A DNA stretch of 64,000 bases from Candidatus Bathyarchaeota archaeon (GCA_963775685.1 CAVZJV010000014.1:1600001-1664000); one strand, 5' to 3'. Positions 11,335-22,691 are shown, counted from the first letter of the stretch. Program-made: numbers and translations. Notes: generated from the sequence alone by a model not told the origin.

Positions 11335-12082
11335 AGCTCAAAACTTTGGGCAAGTCAAACAAATCGATGAACTCTTAAAAACACAGTTTGAAGAATTAGA
11401 CGTAGAACTAAAAGTTCTAACTAACTCAGTCAATAGGTGGGTTCAAGTTTTTCTTTCAGGCGAGGACGAAGCTATAGCGACAAGCTATATCAACAAGGAA
11501 ATAGGCACCTGCCCCATAAGCCTTGACAACGCAAAAAACTTGCCATTCCTCAAAGGATATATTTCAAAATTGGACCTTGCTAGGCAAGAGATACTTGTGG
11601 ATGTGGGGATTTTTGAACCTAAAATGATTTTGTTAACAGTTCCTCTGGCTACTTTGCAAAAGCAACTTGTTGGTGGCAAGGGGGTGGATTTAAAGAAAAT
11701 CGCGGAGAGTTATGGTTTTGCAGAGCGTTCTTTATTAACTGTTAAACTTTTTTCACAAGAGGGTGATGTGTTGCAAGCGGAGTTGGCGACGGAGCAGGTT
11801 GAGAAGCTTCATATTTGGCAGCTGTCACTTTTGGACAGATTAATAATTTTGGGTGCCTCAAAGGAAACGATTGAGGGTGTGCTTGAACGGACAAGGTTAA
11901 GCCGCGATGTGATCGATATTGAGGTTTTGGGTATGTTTGAACATGCTCTAACGTGTAAACTTGGAACAAACGCCGCAGGGTTGGTCGGGATTATGGGAAG
12001 GTACTTGAGGAATTCGGTTTTTGTGGTTTTTAATGCACAAAGAAGTCTAAATTTGTTGATCGATAATACATTAACCTTATAA
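11309..12082 (+). CDS. DUF2110-family protein
   Basis: Conserved archaeal neighbour of tfe and the HD gene; WVQV.LSGEDE.IA, VDVG, DRLII.GA, CKLGT.A.GL. Confidence 0.7.
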   Translation: MTTLTLLIKAQNFGQVKQIDELLKTQFEELDVELKVLTNSVNRWVQVFLSGEDEAIATSYINKEIGTCPISLDNAKNLPFLKGYISKLDLARQEILVDVGIFEPKMILLTVPLATLQKQLVGGKGVDLKKIAESYGFAERSLLTVKLFSQEGDVLQAELATEQVEKLHIWQLSLLDRLIILGASKETIEGVLERTRLSRDVIDIEVLGMFEHALTCKLGTNAAGLVGIMGRYLRNSVFVVFNAQRSLNLLIDNTLTL

Positions 12083-12130
12083 TTGTGTGAATAAATAGTT
12101 AAACTTTAATTGAAAGGGGGAGGGGGGCTT

Positions 12131-12292
12131 ATGAGCCAGGTTGACGATAGAGAGAGAAAAAAATATCGGATAGACATCGGAGCTTATGGCAGCATAGGAA
12201 TTGAGGCGCCCACAAAAGAAGAATGTTTGGAACTCTTCAACGAAGTCACAAAAACAAAACGTGACTCAAGAATAGATGAAGCTATAAGATAG
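12131..12292 (+). CDS. Small hypothetical protein (53 aa)
   Basis: ATG preceded by a G-rich SD-like tract; protein-like composition. Confidence 0.5.
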   Translation: MSQVDDRERKKYRIDIGAYGSIGIEAPTKEECLELFNEVTKTKRDSRIDEAIR

Positions 12293-12359
12293 CGCCAAAC
12301 CTCACGCTCTCAAACGCCTATTCATCAGGATTCAAGTAAACAAAAGTCTAGCTTATATC

Positions 12360-12524
12360 TTATAAGACATCGTGTTCTTCTTTGCAGTGTGTCTCGAAAT
12401 CCTCTTTGTTGTCGTAGACTTCCTGGTCAATTGGACACTTGAACTTCTTGTCCTTAGTCATTTCTGGCTTGGGCACAGTAACACGCGGGGCAGTCCTTTT
12501 TAAGTTATTTTTGTCATTTGCCAA
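12360..12524 (-). CDS. Small C2H2-like zinc-finger microprotein
   Basis: GGAGGTG SD before TTG 12524; FKCPID...F..HCKEEH pattern. Confidence 0.55.
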   Translation of the reverse strand: MANDKNNLKRTAPRVTVPKPEMTKDKKFKCPIDQEVYDNKEDFETHCKEEHDVL

Positions 12525-12770
12525 CCAATTCACCTCCAACAAGCACTCGGCTGCTTAACAAAATAATTGAGCGGAAAGAAAGTTATTAAAAATATGTGAC
12601 TGTACCCACCCAACAACTAACCCATAAAACAAAAAAAGCTGGTGAGAAAATCTAATTTTTGCTCTGTTTGACTTTCTGAGCCAACAAAAGACACCAACAG
12701 CGGATACTGTTAAGTTAACTTGCCTGTCGTACAAGTGTGATTAGGGCAACTTTTGGAACCGTTGCTAGAA

Positions 12771-13310
12771 TCATTTAAAAGGAACAAGGTTGGCGCGGTT
12801 GATAAGGTACAAATTGTTGGCATAATCATTGCGGCAATCGAACAAGTAAGTTTGGTTTAACTTGATTTCGTTGTAGAGGGTTGCGTTGTTGGCAATGTAG
12901 AGTGTTCGACCGTTGGCTAGGTTAACCGCATAGTTTACAGCTGGCTTATCGGTAACTTGAGCTTTTGAAACCACAAATCCTCCTTGGGGATTGACACTCT
13001 CGATTATGATTAGGTTGTTGTTAAAATCTATGCGACACATAAACGTGTAGATTTGGGTTTGGTTTTCTATTATGCACTCATAGAGGGCAGTGTTGTTTTG
13101 AATGTACAAGGTTCGACCATCCAATAGGCTAACAGCGTGAGTTGCATGAGAATGGTCTGAAATGACGGTCTTTGAGAGCACCGCACCGCTTTCCGCGTCA
13201 GGAATGGATGCGCTGCGTATGGAGTCTTCTGCAACAGCCACTATAACGGTTAGTGTCGCCAACGAAACAACAATTGCTAAAACCACAGTTAGTTTGAATG
13301 AGTCCATCAT
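12771..13310 (-). CDS. Secreted or membrane-tethered hypothetical protein with an internal two-fold repeat
   Basis: N-terminal hydrophobic helix; repeats AVSLLDGRTLYIQNNTALY and AVNLANGRTLYIANNATLY. Confidence 0.7.
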   Translation of the reverse strand: MMDSFKLTVVLAIVVSLATLTVIVAVAEDSIRSASIPDAESGAVLSKTVISDHSHATHAVSLLDGRTLYIQNNTALYECIIENQTQIYTFMCRIDFNNNLIIIESVNPQGGFVVSKAQVTDKPAVNYAVNLANGRTLYIANNATLYNEIKLNQTYLFDCRNDYANNLYLINRANLVPFK

Positions 13311-13588
13311 TTGACTATTTTCCCTCTTTCTGGGTGATATGGAGTGAATGACTAATAAGAAAATCCAAAAAAGATATTGTTAAGCTACTCAACCTGTTCC
13401 ACAGTCATTCATTTTCAACTATCTCTCCATACTGTTAACGCAAGAAATATAGAAAGATTAGTTATTTTGCACAAAGTATTCGAATGTAACGTTCAGTTTT
13501 TAGAACCATACTCGTAAAGCCCTAACATCTTAGGGGCAATACATAAATTCAAAAAGTAACCCAGTATATTATAACAAGCTGATTATTT

Positions 13589-14867
13589 ATGAAAAAATTT
13601 TATTCGTTAATAACTCTGTCAATTCTTTGCCTTTCAGTTCTCTTATCTGTTTCATTTACAGCCAATGCCCAAGATGATGCTTCGTGGCCCATGTTTCACC
13701 ATGACGTAACGCACACTGGCTACTCAAACACAGATGGACCTAGCTGCAAATCAAACTCTTTGGACCTTCCCAATTAGCAACGGTTGGGTATTGACTTCCC
13801 CAGTGGTCGTCAACGGAATAGTCTACTTTACTTCATCCGATAAAGGCATGCACCTCGATACAGCCAACAACAACATTTATGCGGTAAACGCTAAAGACGG
13901 AACAAAGATCTGGAACTACTCAGCCCCAGCTAAAATCTATGGATCTCCAGCAGTTGCAAACGGCATGGTCTTCTTCGGATCTGACGATTATGCAATCTAT
14001 GGATTAAATGCAACGACAGGTGCTTACATATGGAAATGCGTTACCGGAAGCTATGCCGAGGGTTCCCCGACGATTTCAAACGGGATACTCTATGCAGGCT
14101 CAAACGACAATAAACTGTGGGCTATAGACGCTGCTTCTGGCATGCCTCTGTGGAACTTTACAACCGGCGGCCTTGTTACTTCCGCTCCTGCGGTAGCTAA
14201 TGGAATAGTTTATTTCGGCTCATATGACCACAATGTTTACGCTTTGGATGCTTCTACGGGCGCTGAAAAATGGAGTTTTTCAACCGAAAGTGTTGTGGCA
14301 TCTTCTCCCGCGGTCGCTGACGGCAAGGTTTTCATCGGTAGCTTTGACAACAATACCTATGCGTTAACCGCTGACACTGGGGCTTTGGTGTGGAAAGTTG
14401 AAACTGGTTATGACCAATGCGTTCAGGCATCTCCCGCCTTTGCTAACGGTGTAATCTACACTGGCGGCGCTTTCGACTTCAAACTCTACGCTCTAGACGC
14501 CACAAACGGCAACGAGAAATGGACTTTTGTAGCCAACGGAGGAATCACTACCGCACCTGCAGTAGTAGGCAACAAGGTCTACGTGACAGCCACATTGAGC
14601 AACACAGCCTACGCAGTTAACGCACAAAGTGGTGACCAAATCTGGAGCTACCAAACAGACGACAACATCTACTCATCACCAGCAGTTGTTGACGGAGTCG
14701 CATACTTTGGCGCCTACGACGGCACATTTTATGCTGTCGGACAAAACGAAAACGGCACTGGCGGCCAAGAAACCCCAACCACCACATATTACATAATCGC
14801 CATAGCAGCAATAGGACTTATCATTGTCGCGGTCGCAGTCATTGCACTCATAAAAAGACACAAGTAA
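13589..14867 (+). CDS. BamB/PQQ-like beta-propeller protein, secreted with C-terminal TM anchor (frameshift near 13740)
   Basis: Signal peptide plus SWPMFHHD..HTGY; repeated SSPAVA.G.VY.GS.D...YAL.A.TG...W blades. Confidence 0.9.
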
Positions 14868-14975
14868 CTTTCTTTAAAGACCCTTTTTTCATTTTTGGAT
14901 TCGGGCTATTTCCATCGTTATGACATTTAGTGAAAATGTTCTGTGCTAAACTCCATGGTACTTGATTGATTTTTC

Positions 14976-15030
14976 TTAGTCAAGAAAGTTTGACTAACAA
15001 AACCACTTTTAGTCAAGAATCCTTGACGAG
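14976..15030. promoter_or_regulatory. Tandem palindromic operator sites TTAGTCAA-N6-TTGACTAA
   Basis: Site 1 at 14976-14997 is a perfect 8-6-8 palindrome. Site 2 at 15009-15030 is TTAGTCAAGAATCCTTGACGAG. Spacing is 33 bp; both lie upstream of the 15141 gene. Confidence 0.7.
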
Positions 15031-15140
15031 AACGCTTTTTACACATAAAAATAGTTGTTTTTTACGAGGAAAGCTGGATGGGCAAATGCTCTTCCTTGAT
15101 TCCTTCTGTCGTGGCATGAGGCAAAATTGGAGGCTAAACA

Positions 15141-16134
15141 ATGAGCAAGGTCAGATTATCTATCCAAAAAACCAAAAACAACCGCGACTGTGACTTGTCA
15201 GGAAGACTAAAATCGCTTAACGCAGAATGCCGAAACTGTGCACCAATAACCCCTTTTGAATGTTTATCCGGCTGCAGAGTTTACCTTTTAAAAAGTGAGT
15301 TGAGACATCTTTGGGAAGCAATGGAAAATCCTAACTACCTAAAAGAACTCTTCAACGCTTTAAAAAATAAAGCGCGACTTCAAGTTATGCAAGCGATCGT
15401 AAATGGCACGTGTTCTTTAGGCCATCTTCAAGAGGAATTAAAAAAAGCCGGGCACAACTCCCGCCAAGATTACCTTAACGAAGAATGCCTTCCAGCTCTA
15501 ATGGCAGTGGGTCTTGCTGCACGGGTACGAGAGAATTATCATGCAACCACATTGGGCAACTGCTTAACCCAACTGTTCAGAGACTTTACAGAATTTGTCA
15601 ACGAGCTGCCCACTCACTCCGAGTGCTATGAAGAAGCACTTTTGCAATCTCTTCACGTGGGACCAAAAACGTTTGAAAATATAGAAGCGACTTATTGCAC
15701 CAAAAAATGTTTCGCGAACCCTCAAACGTTTGAGCTCGACTGGTTTGATAAAAACGCCGGAGGCAAGAGCCTACATATTCTTCTTCAGAACAATACGGGA
15801 TCCAAACAAAGAAACTTTGACAACCATTGAACGGACAATTTGTGATGCTGTTGGCTACGAGGGGATTTCTGCAGGAGACCTTGCCAAGAAAACGAAGCTT
15901 TCTTTAAGAAGAACCTACAAGTACCTAAAATGCTTGAAGGGGAAGAAACTGGTTTTCATACGAAGGACACCAAAAGCTTACGCTTTAACCTTTAGGGGCG
16001 AAAAGCTGGCTTTAGTTCTACAAAAGATCCAGCAAACTGTCGAAGATACCTGGGATTCTTCCCGACCAGTCATGCGGGATAACCAAGTGATCCTTGAAGC
16101 TGGAGGTTTAACCACCAATGATTTGCGCTCCTAA
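15141..16134 (+). CDS. Cys-rich N-terminal domain plus winged-helix regulator (frameshift near 15690-15700)
   Basis: C..ECRNC.P..PFEC...C cluster; ArsR-like LFNALKNKARLQVM; C-terminal ISAGDLAKKTKLSLRRTYKYL..LKGKKLV HTH. Confidence 0.7.
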
Positions 16135-17405
16135 ACCAGTCGACATTGTAAACGTAAGAATCACTCATAAAAAAGCGCATGTGCCGCTTTTGGAGGCGGT
16201 TTCTTTCAAAGACAAGGTCAACGCGTATGCGGAGTTACGCTCGCTTGACAGTGCGCAGGAATCGGTGTTGATTCAAACGTGCAACCGCATTGAGGTTTAT
16301 CTTGTAAGTGAACATGGAGATAAAACGGTTAAATCCGCTTTGGAGTTTTTTGGAAACCGTGCTTCTTCTCACACCAAAGACGCGTGCAAAGCAATTGAGT
16401 ACTCAGTTAACCATGAAGCGCTCAGTCACCTTTTGCGGGTTACTTCTGGGCTAGAATCAATGGTTATAGGCGAAGACCAAGTCATAAACCAAGTCTGGAA
16501 CGCGTACCTTGAAGCTGAAAAGGCAAAGGCATCAGGTCCAGTTCTTAGTCTTCTGTTTAATCGGGCAGTAAACGTTGGTAACCGGGTAAGACGCGAAACT
16601 GGAATAAACAAAGGCGCGGTCTCTGTGGGTTCAGCCGCGGTGGAACTTGCTGAAAACCTTTTGGGAAGCCTTAACGAAAAGAAAATCCTGATCATGGGAG
16701 CGGGCGAAACGGGCACGCTTGTTGCCAAAGCAATGGCGAGGCGCTGTCTCAACCCAATTTTCATAGCTAACAGAACCTACGAGCGTGCATGGCGACTGGC
16801 ACAGGAACTTGGCGGTAAAGCTGTCACCTTTGAAAAGTTAGGTCAAGTACTCGTTGACGCCGACGTTGTGTTCTGCTGTACCTCAGCTCCGCACTTTCTG
16901 TTGACCAAGGATCTAGTATCGTGGTTGACGGTGGCGAGAAAAAACAAAAAGGACTTAGTGGTAATCGATATTTCAAACCCGCGAAACGTCGAGGAAGCAA
17001 TAAGAGAACTGTCATTCGTGAAACTCTATAACCTTGACGACTTAACGTTGATTACTGAGCATAATATACAGGAACGCCAGAAGAGTTTGCAAGAAGCAAA
17101 CAAAATCGTCGATCAGGAACTTGGGTCACTCGAAACGTGCCGTTAAAGCGAATTCTGTGCGAGACATAGTTTCTTGTGTTCTCTTGCAGGTTGAACAAAG
17201 CCGCCGGACAGAACTTGCTAAAGCCCTCGCCATGATGGGAGAGCTGGATAACCGCCAAAAAAAGATTGTCAGCGACTTAACCAGCATCTTGCTCAAGGAG
17301 ACCTTTCTTCCAATTATTGAGAACTTGCGTCAAGCCGCCGCCAACGAAGACCCCGAACTTATAGAGGTTGTAGCAAAATTATTTGAGATCAAGGAAACCT
17401 TGTAG
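16118..17405 (+). CDS. hemA: Glutamyl-tRNA reductase (frameshift near 17135)
   Basis: QTCNRIEVY, SGLESMVIGEDQV..QV, VSVGSAAV, GAGETG, ANRT, DISNPRNVE. Confidence 0.96.
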
Positions 17406-17414
17406 AGGAATACT

Positions 17415-18780
17415 ATGAAGAAAAAGTTTTTACCCTTTTTGTTCTTAATTCCGCTTCTTGTGAGCTTGCTGAGTTCGGGTTTTGGTGGCAATTTCAATAC
17501 AGCGTTAGGAGACAAAGGAAGCGATGGCACAAACAACAACTTTGATTCTTGGCCATGTTTCACGGTGACTTGATGCACTCAGGCTACACTGATTCCTCAG
17601 GGCCAGTAACAAATCAAACTCTGTGGAGTTATCAAACCGGTCCAATACTTCCTCGCCGACAGTTGCCAGCGGTTTAGTCTATGTTGGATTAAATGATGGC
17701 AAAGTTCTAGCCTTAAACGCCAGCAGTGGGGCAGTTATGTGGAGTTACCAAAACGGCGGTGCGGTTTACTCTTCTCCTGCTGTTGCCGATAATGTTGTCT
17801 ACTTTGGATCATGGGACAAATCTGTATATGTAGTTAATGCTTTAACTGGTGCGTTACTTTGGAGTCATCCAACTGGCAGCTATGTGCAGTCATCTCCCGC
17901 TGTTGCCAACGGAGTGATCTATGTGGGCTCATATGACCACTTAACATCGTCCAATAGTGGCAGTCTCTATGCTTTGGATGATTCAACGGGTAAAATGCTA
18001 TGGAGTTATCCAGTTGGCACAGAAGTTTTAACCTCACCCATCGTTGCAAACAAAGTAGTCTACGCTGGCGGAAACGACAACAACTTTTTTGCATTTAATG
18101 CCTCCAATGGAGCAAAACTGTGGAACTACCAAATAGGTAGCTATAGCTCTGATAGTTGGTCGTCTGCAGCTGTCGCAGAAGGTGTACTGTATGTAGGTTT
18201 TGGCGGAGGAACCCTTTTTGCATTTGGCGCTTCAAACGAAACTCCAACGTCCACACCAATCTTAGCGCCGACACCTACGCCAGTCACAAAACCAAATGCA
18301 ACTGTCTCAGCCGTAACAAATAGCGTCGAAACAGTAAACCTTGCCCTAAATGGAAACATCACAAGTTCGCAGATGTCCAACGTTACAATCGCAGTAAAAA
18401 ATGCCACATCAACCAGTTTGTCTTTCACTGTTACAGGCGAAAGTGGCACTATAGGTTTTAGCAACATAACCATTCCAAAAAGCGTAGTGCCTCTGGAGAC
18501 GACGCCATTAATTTTCATAGATGAATTGGCAGCTCAGAGCCAAGGCTTCATCCAAGACGCCGGCAACTACTATGTATGGTATACAACCCATTTCAGCTTA
18601 CATCAAATATTAATCATGTTTACATCAACTAATTCTTCCCCAAACCTTACAGGCTTAAATGGGCAGGCAAGTTGGTTTCAAATTTTATATGGTATTGTGG
18701 CTGCTTTAGTGGTTGTGACGTTAGTTGTGGTTGGGCTTTTCTTTGCTTTGAAAGACCGAAAAAAAAAAGTAAATATTTAG
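17415..18780 (+). CDS. BamB/PQQ-like beta-propeller surface protein with C-terminal Ig-like domain and TM anchor (5' indels)
   Basis: Signal peptide from ATG 17415, SWP.FHGDLMHSGY, PQQ-type blades, P/T linker, TGESGT.GF.NITIPK...YVWYTTHFS domain. Confidence 0.87.
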
Positions 18781-19187
18781 AGCTGGTCTTGATTCTCTTA
18801 ACCATTAAGCGAGGGATGTGACACCTTGAATATTCTGTCAAATTCAAGCCCTAACTAGAAACTTGTTCTGCTTTTTCTAATGTTGGCATCACAAGAACAT
18901 TGCAGAAGTTAGTAACAATCAGATAAGTCCAAAGAAATCTGTTTAGTAAAATTGAAATAGCAAGTAGAATTTAAACTGGTGATTAGCTCTTAAAAGGACT
19001 AAGCAATCGAAATTGGTTGGATTTTAAGAGTGATTAACCCTGTAATTGAAACTTTAAGAAAGCAACAATTGCAATCACGCCAACCACGGCTAAATAAAAT
19101 GAAATTCATCCAGAACCGACTTAGCTCATCGTTTTCTTCATTTTTAAAATTAAAAAAATGGGAAGAGATTGTTTTTGTTTGGCTTTT

Positions 19188-21827
19188 TTATGGTCGCTTT
19201 CTAAGCGTTATCAAAGCTAGCACAATGCCAACTATGATTATGACAACGATTATAGCGGCAACTGACGCCAGGAAGTATTGATCGGCCATGGATGGTGCTG
19301 CGGTTGGGCCTGGAGATATTGTTGGTGCTGGATTTACAACTGTGAAGGATGTTTCACCAGATGATGGATAGTATGCTTCGGTTCCTGCAAAGTTAGCGAT
19401 GACCGTGTAGTCGCCAGTTATGTCGGGTGTCCATGTGAAGGTAAACATGCCGCTGCCATCACTTGTGGTGGTGCCTATTTGTCTATAGTTTCCGTTTGAG
19501 TCAAGAACCTCGATTGAAACTGGAACACCAGTAACGGTGGTTGGGCATGGCTGCTGCATGTAAACATACTCCATCCATCCCTTCTGGCTTTCATCGGAAA
19601 CAGCTGGAACGCCGTAGGGGAAGTTTGCTGCTGGTGCTTCTTGTTTTGTGCCTGCCGAAACGTCGAGTACAGTTCCGCTGATAACCAGAGGTCTGTCTAG
19701 GTCAATTGCTGTTTTTGGTGCATCTACTGAAAGTGCGCTTGAGCCTTTACCAAAAGCGTATATTTGATTGTCGTATGCGTTGAGTGTTACCATGACACCG
19801 TCAGAAATAGCTGGTGCACTAGTAACATCGAAGGCATCAATGCTCCAGACGACTGAGCCATCTGTAACATTGATTGCTAGCTGCTGAGCATTGTGAAAAA
19901 GCGGCGGGCTATACATGTGGCCTTCGGGGACGAATAGTTTGCCATCTGCGACTGTTCCAACAGTGAAGGTCCATAGGGGTTCAATGCCATAGGGTGACTC
20001 GTAGCCGCCGGACGGAGTGTGGTATTCCCAGTTGATCATACCAGTACTAATCTGAAATGCATATACGTCTCCGCCGTAGGTCCATAGGTAGATTATGCCG
20101 TTAGCGACAACATATTGCATACCTAGAGAGGCAAAAGGATTGACGTTTGGAAGTGCGACTGGTCCCCAAGCTTTATTGCCTGTGCTCAGGAGATAACCTG
20201 TAGCTGTTAGTGCGCTTGAGTCGAATTCTACGTAATAGCCGTTGGCCATAGTGGTGCCTCCAAGAAGTACCCTTGCATATGGAGTTAAGGTGCGGTTGGT
20301 TATCCACATAAATGAACCATCGTTTGCATTGAAAGCTGCTTCAATTTGGAATCCAGATTGGTAGATTGCTGCGCCAGCGCTGGCTAGTGCTATCATGAGA
20401 ACTACTCCGCTGTTGACTCCAGAAATTGTAAGGCTAGATGCTGTTGGAATTGGGACTCCTTGGGTGTTGAAGGCAGGTGGCAGGGGAACGCCTGATATGT
20501 TGGTTGGTAATTTTACTGTCCATTCGATTCCTAATGCAAAGTTTATGATTGAGCCGAGAACAGGTCTCCATACCCAACTGTTTTCCTGTGGAGTACTGGG
20601 TAAACCGCCATATGCGTATGGTGTGCCAAGGTTGATGCATTTGGTCGAGTTCCACATGTTCAGTGTGCGGTCGGTGTTGTTGACATAGTAGCCTATCATG
20701 TTTCCACCTTCATCTTCTGTTAGGGTCATTGAACTGCCGTTTACGATACTCAATATGTAGTTCCCTGTCATAGCATCCCACATGCTGTACGTGAGTCCGG
20801 TGAATGCTGCTGATGCTGAGAGATAACCAAGTGGGTTTCCTGTGGTCCATATGTAAGCTAGTGCACCGTATTGGTTGGGGGTGGTGTATTGCAATAGTTG
20901 ACCACACCTTAGAATCGAGGTTGAATTTATTGTCCATATCGTTTGTCCAGTATGTAAATTCACTGCGGCAATGCCTGTTGGGTTGGTAACACTTCCGGGA
21001 TACATTTCGTAGTAGAGAATGCCGTTAATGATTACTGGCGCGAATTTTGGTTCGTATTGTGAAGTTGAATAGTAGTTGCCTGTTTCAGAACCTCCGAATT
21101 CTCCGCCGATGGTTCCTCCGAATGCTTCAGGTTTGGTCCACAGTATATGAGCACTGTTTGGGGCAGTTGTGTAAGGATTATAGTTTGTGCTTGCATTGTA
21201 CATTCCTGTATTCGCAAACGTGGATGGTCCAAAGCCAAGCCAGTTGCCGGCAATTGAATACCAATTGTTATTCTCAGCGTAGATTGGGCGTGTCCAATAA
21301 GTGGTTGGAAGGGGATTTTCGCCGGCATAGGATATTTGATCTTCTTGGACTGTGACTTTGAATACGTTGCTTTTGCTGGGTTGATAATAGTCACCGATAA
21401 ATTCGTTAGGAGCTACACCGGGGAAGGGATTGTTGCCTGCTAATGTTTGTCCAGGAAAACTCATTTGGAAGGTGTAGTTGCCTAATATATCTGGTGTGTA
21501 GGTTGTGTGAGCTCCACCGGTAGCATCTGATGTGAATGGTCCAAGGGTTTCAGTTGTTCCATCAGGCTTTGTCACTAGTATAGTCATTCCTTGCCATCTG
21601 TCACCAAACTGTGCGTTGGCTGTTGGTGGAGGTTCGTTAACCCAGAAGTTTACGTTAACTGTTTGTCCTACGCCTATAGGATTAGGTGAAACACTGCAGA
21701 AGGTATATGTTGGGATTTGATATGGTGGTGAATGCGCATTAGTAGTTGGCACTAGTACCATTGAAGCTTCCATAGAAATTGTCAAAAACAAAACGATCAA
21801 AATAGCTGATATTTTATTTTTCATCAT
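19188..21827 (-). CDS. Large PQQ-like beta-propeller surface protein (879 aa, intact)
   Basis: Signal peptide, Ig-like N-terminal region, propeller-like middle, Ig-like C-terminal region, TM helix and basic tail RKRP. Confidence 0.9.
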   Translation of the reverse strand: MMKNKISAILIVLFLTISMEASMVLVPTTNAHSPPYQIPTYTFCSVSPNPIGVGQTVNVNFWVNEPPPTANAQFGDRWQGMTILVTKPDGTTETLGPFTSDATGGAHTTYTPDILGNYTFQMSFPGQTLAGNNPFPGVAPNEFIGDYYQPSKSNVFKVTVQEDQISYAGENPLPTTYWTRPIYAENNNWYSIAGNWLGFGPSTFANTGMYNASTNYNPYTTAPNSAHILWTKPEAFGGTIGGEFGGSETGNYYSTSQYEPKFAPVIINGILYYEMYPGSVTNPTGIAAVNLHTGQTIWTINSTSILRCGQLLQYTTPNQYGALAYIWTTGNPLGYLSASAAFTGLTYSMWDAMTGNYILSIVNGSSMTLTEDEGGNMIGYYVNNTDRTLNMWNSTKCINLGTPYAYGGLPSTPQENSWVWRPVLGSIINFALGIEWTVKLPTNISGVPLPPAFNTQGVPIPTASSLTISGVNSGVVLMIALASAGAAIYQSGFQIEAAFNANDGSFMWITNRTLTPYARVLLGGTTMANGYYVEFDSSALTATGYLLSTGNKAWGPVALPNVNPFASLGMQYVVANGIIYLWTYGGDVYAFQISTGMINWEYHTPSGGYESPYGIEPLWTFTVGTVADGKLFVPEGHMYSPPLFHNAQQLAINVTDGSVVWSIDAFDVTSAPAISDGVMVTLNAYDNQIYAFGKGSSALSVDAPKTAIDLDRPLVISGTVLDVSAGTKQEAPAANFPYGVPAVSDESQKGWMEYVYMQQPCPTTVTGVPVSIEVLDSNGNYRQIGTTTSDGSGMFTFTWTPDITGDYTVIANFAGTEAYYPSSGETSFTVVNPAPTISPGPTAAPSMADQYFLASVAAIIVVIIIVGIVLALITLRKRP

Positions 21828-21851
21828 TAGAATTTTTCTTCCTTTTCTTTC

Positions 21852-21880
21852 GTTGAGAAGAAAAAAGGGTCCTTCTCAAC
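21852..21880 (-). promoter_or_regulatory. Inverted repeat GTTGAGAAG-N11-CTTCTCAAC in the leader of the PQQ-like gene
   Basis: Perfect 9-bp arms; TATA-like TTTTTAA on the minus strand about 25 bp upstream. Confidence 0.6.
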
Positions 21881-22244
21881 ACTTAATAATTAATTCATTG
21901 TAGGTTAAAAAACTTGCCGATTTGTCGCAAGTACCTTATTAACTGATTTTCTATTGACAATTTTCATAAAATTTTTTTAATTTTAAATTTAATAAACTAC
22001 GTCTACCGAGTGGCGAGTGGTAATGGCTTACTGTTTTTATTTTCTGGATGCGTACAAGATGGAAATTCAGAAAACTTGAGTTGGTTGATAAAATAAAAAC
22101 TGTTTTCTAAGAAATAAGGGCCAATAACCAAGATCATCGACTTCGTCTATTTCTTCAAACCAATAAAGTCAAGACAAAAAAATATCTTCAAATATGAATT
22201 CTGCCTTCATAAAATATTAGAAGCAAATTCTTCTAAAACAAATT

Positions 22245-22311
22245 GGGTTGAGAGGGAATGCATTTGATGGCTCGCCATCACACCTTGCATCTTCCACACA
22301 ACTCTCAACCC
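22245..22311. ncRNA. Candidate structured RNA (nested long hairpin)
   Basis: GGGTTGAGAG/CTCTCAACCC outer stem, GGAATGCA/TGCAT(C)TTCC middle stem and TGATGG/CCATCA inner stem, set in an AT-rich intergenic region. Confidence 0.4.
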
Positions 22312-22691
22312 GCCTATTTGATAGATTAAACTTGTTGTTAAGGAATTAGAATTTTTGAATTTATAGAAAGAAGAAAAAATAACTCCTCAGAAGCACCATA
22401 CCTATTAGCCATTGAAGCTAAAATAGGAGTCAACAAATTAGTCTTCAAAGAAGTATATTTGTCCATTCTCAACAGACCAACTCAGACACCTAGTTTTCTC
22501 AATTTTTTTTTCAGTATAAAACAAAAGCCACCTGAAACAAAATGTGTAGTAGTAAACAAGACTTTATTCCAAAACACTAAAAACAATTCTGTCATCGACA
22601 CATCAAAACCGCTCTAAATCTTGTTGGTTCGTCCAACATATTTTTGTGTCTACTAGGTTTATACTAAACGGAAAGATTTAGCGTTAGTTGA

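Noticed and set aside
13734-14760. Periodic sequence inside the BamB-like genes as a DNA repeat array or diversity-generating target
   Set aside because: The periodicity is at protein level (propeller blades) with synonymous divergence; no reverse transcriptase or template/variable repeat pair was seen.
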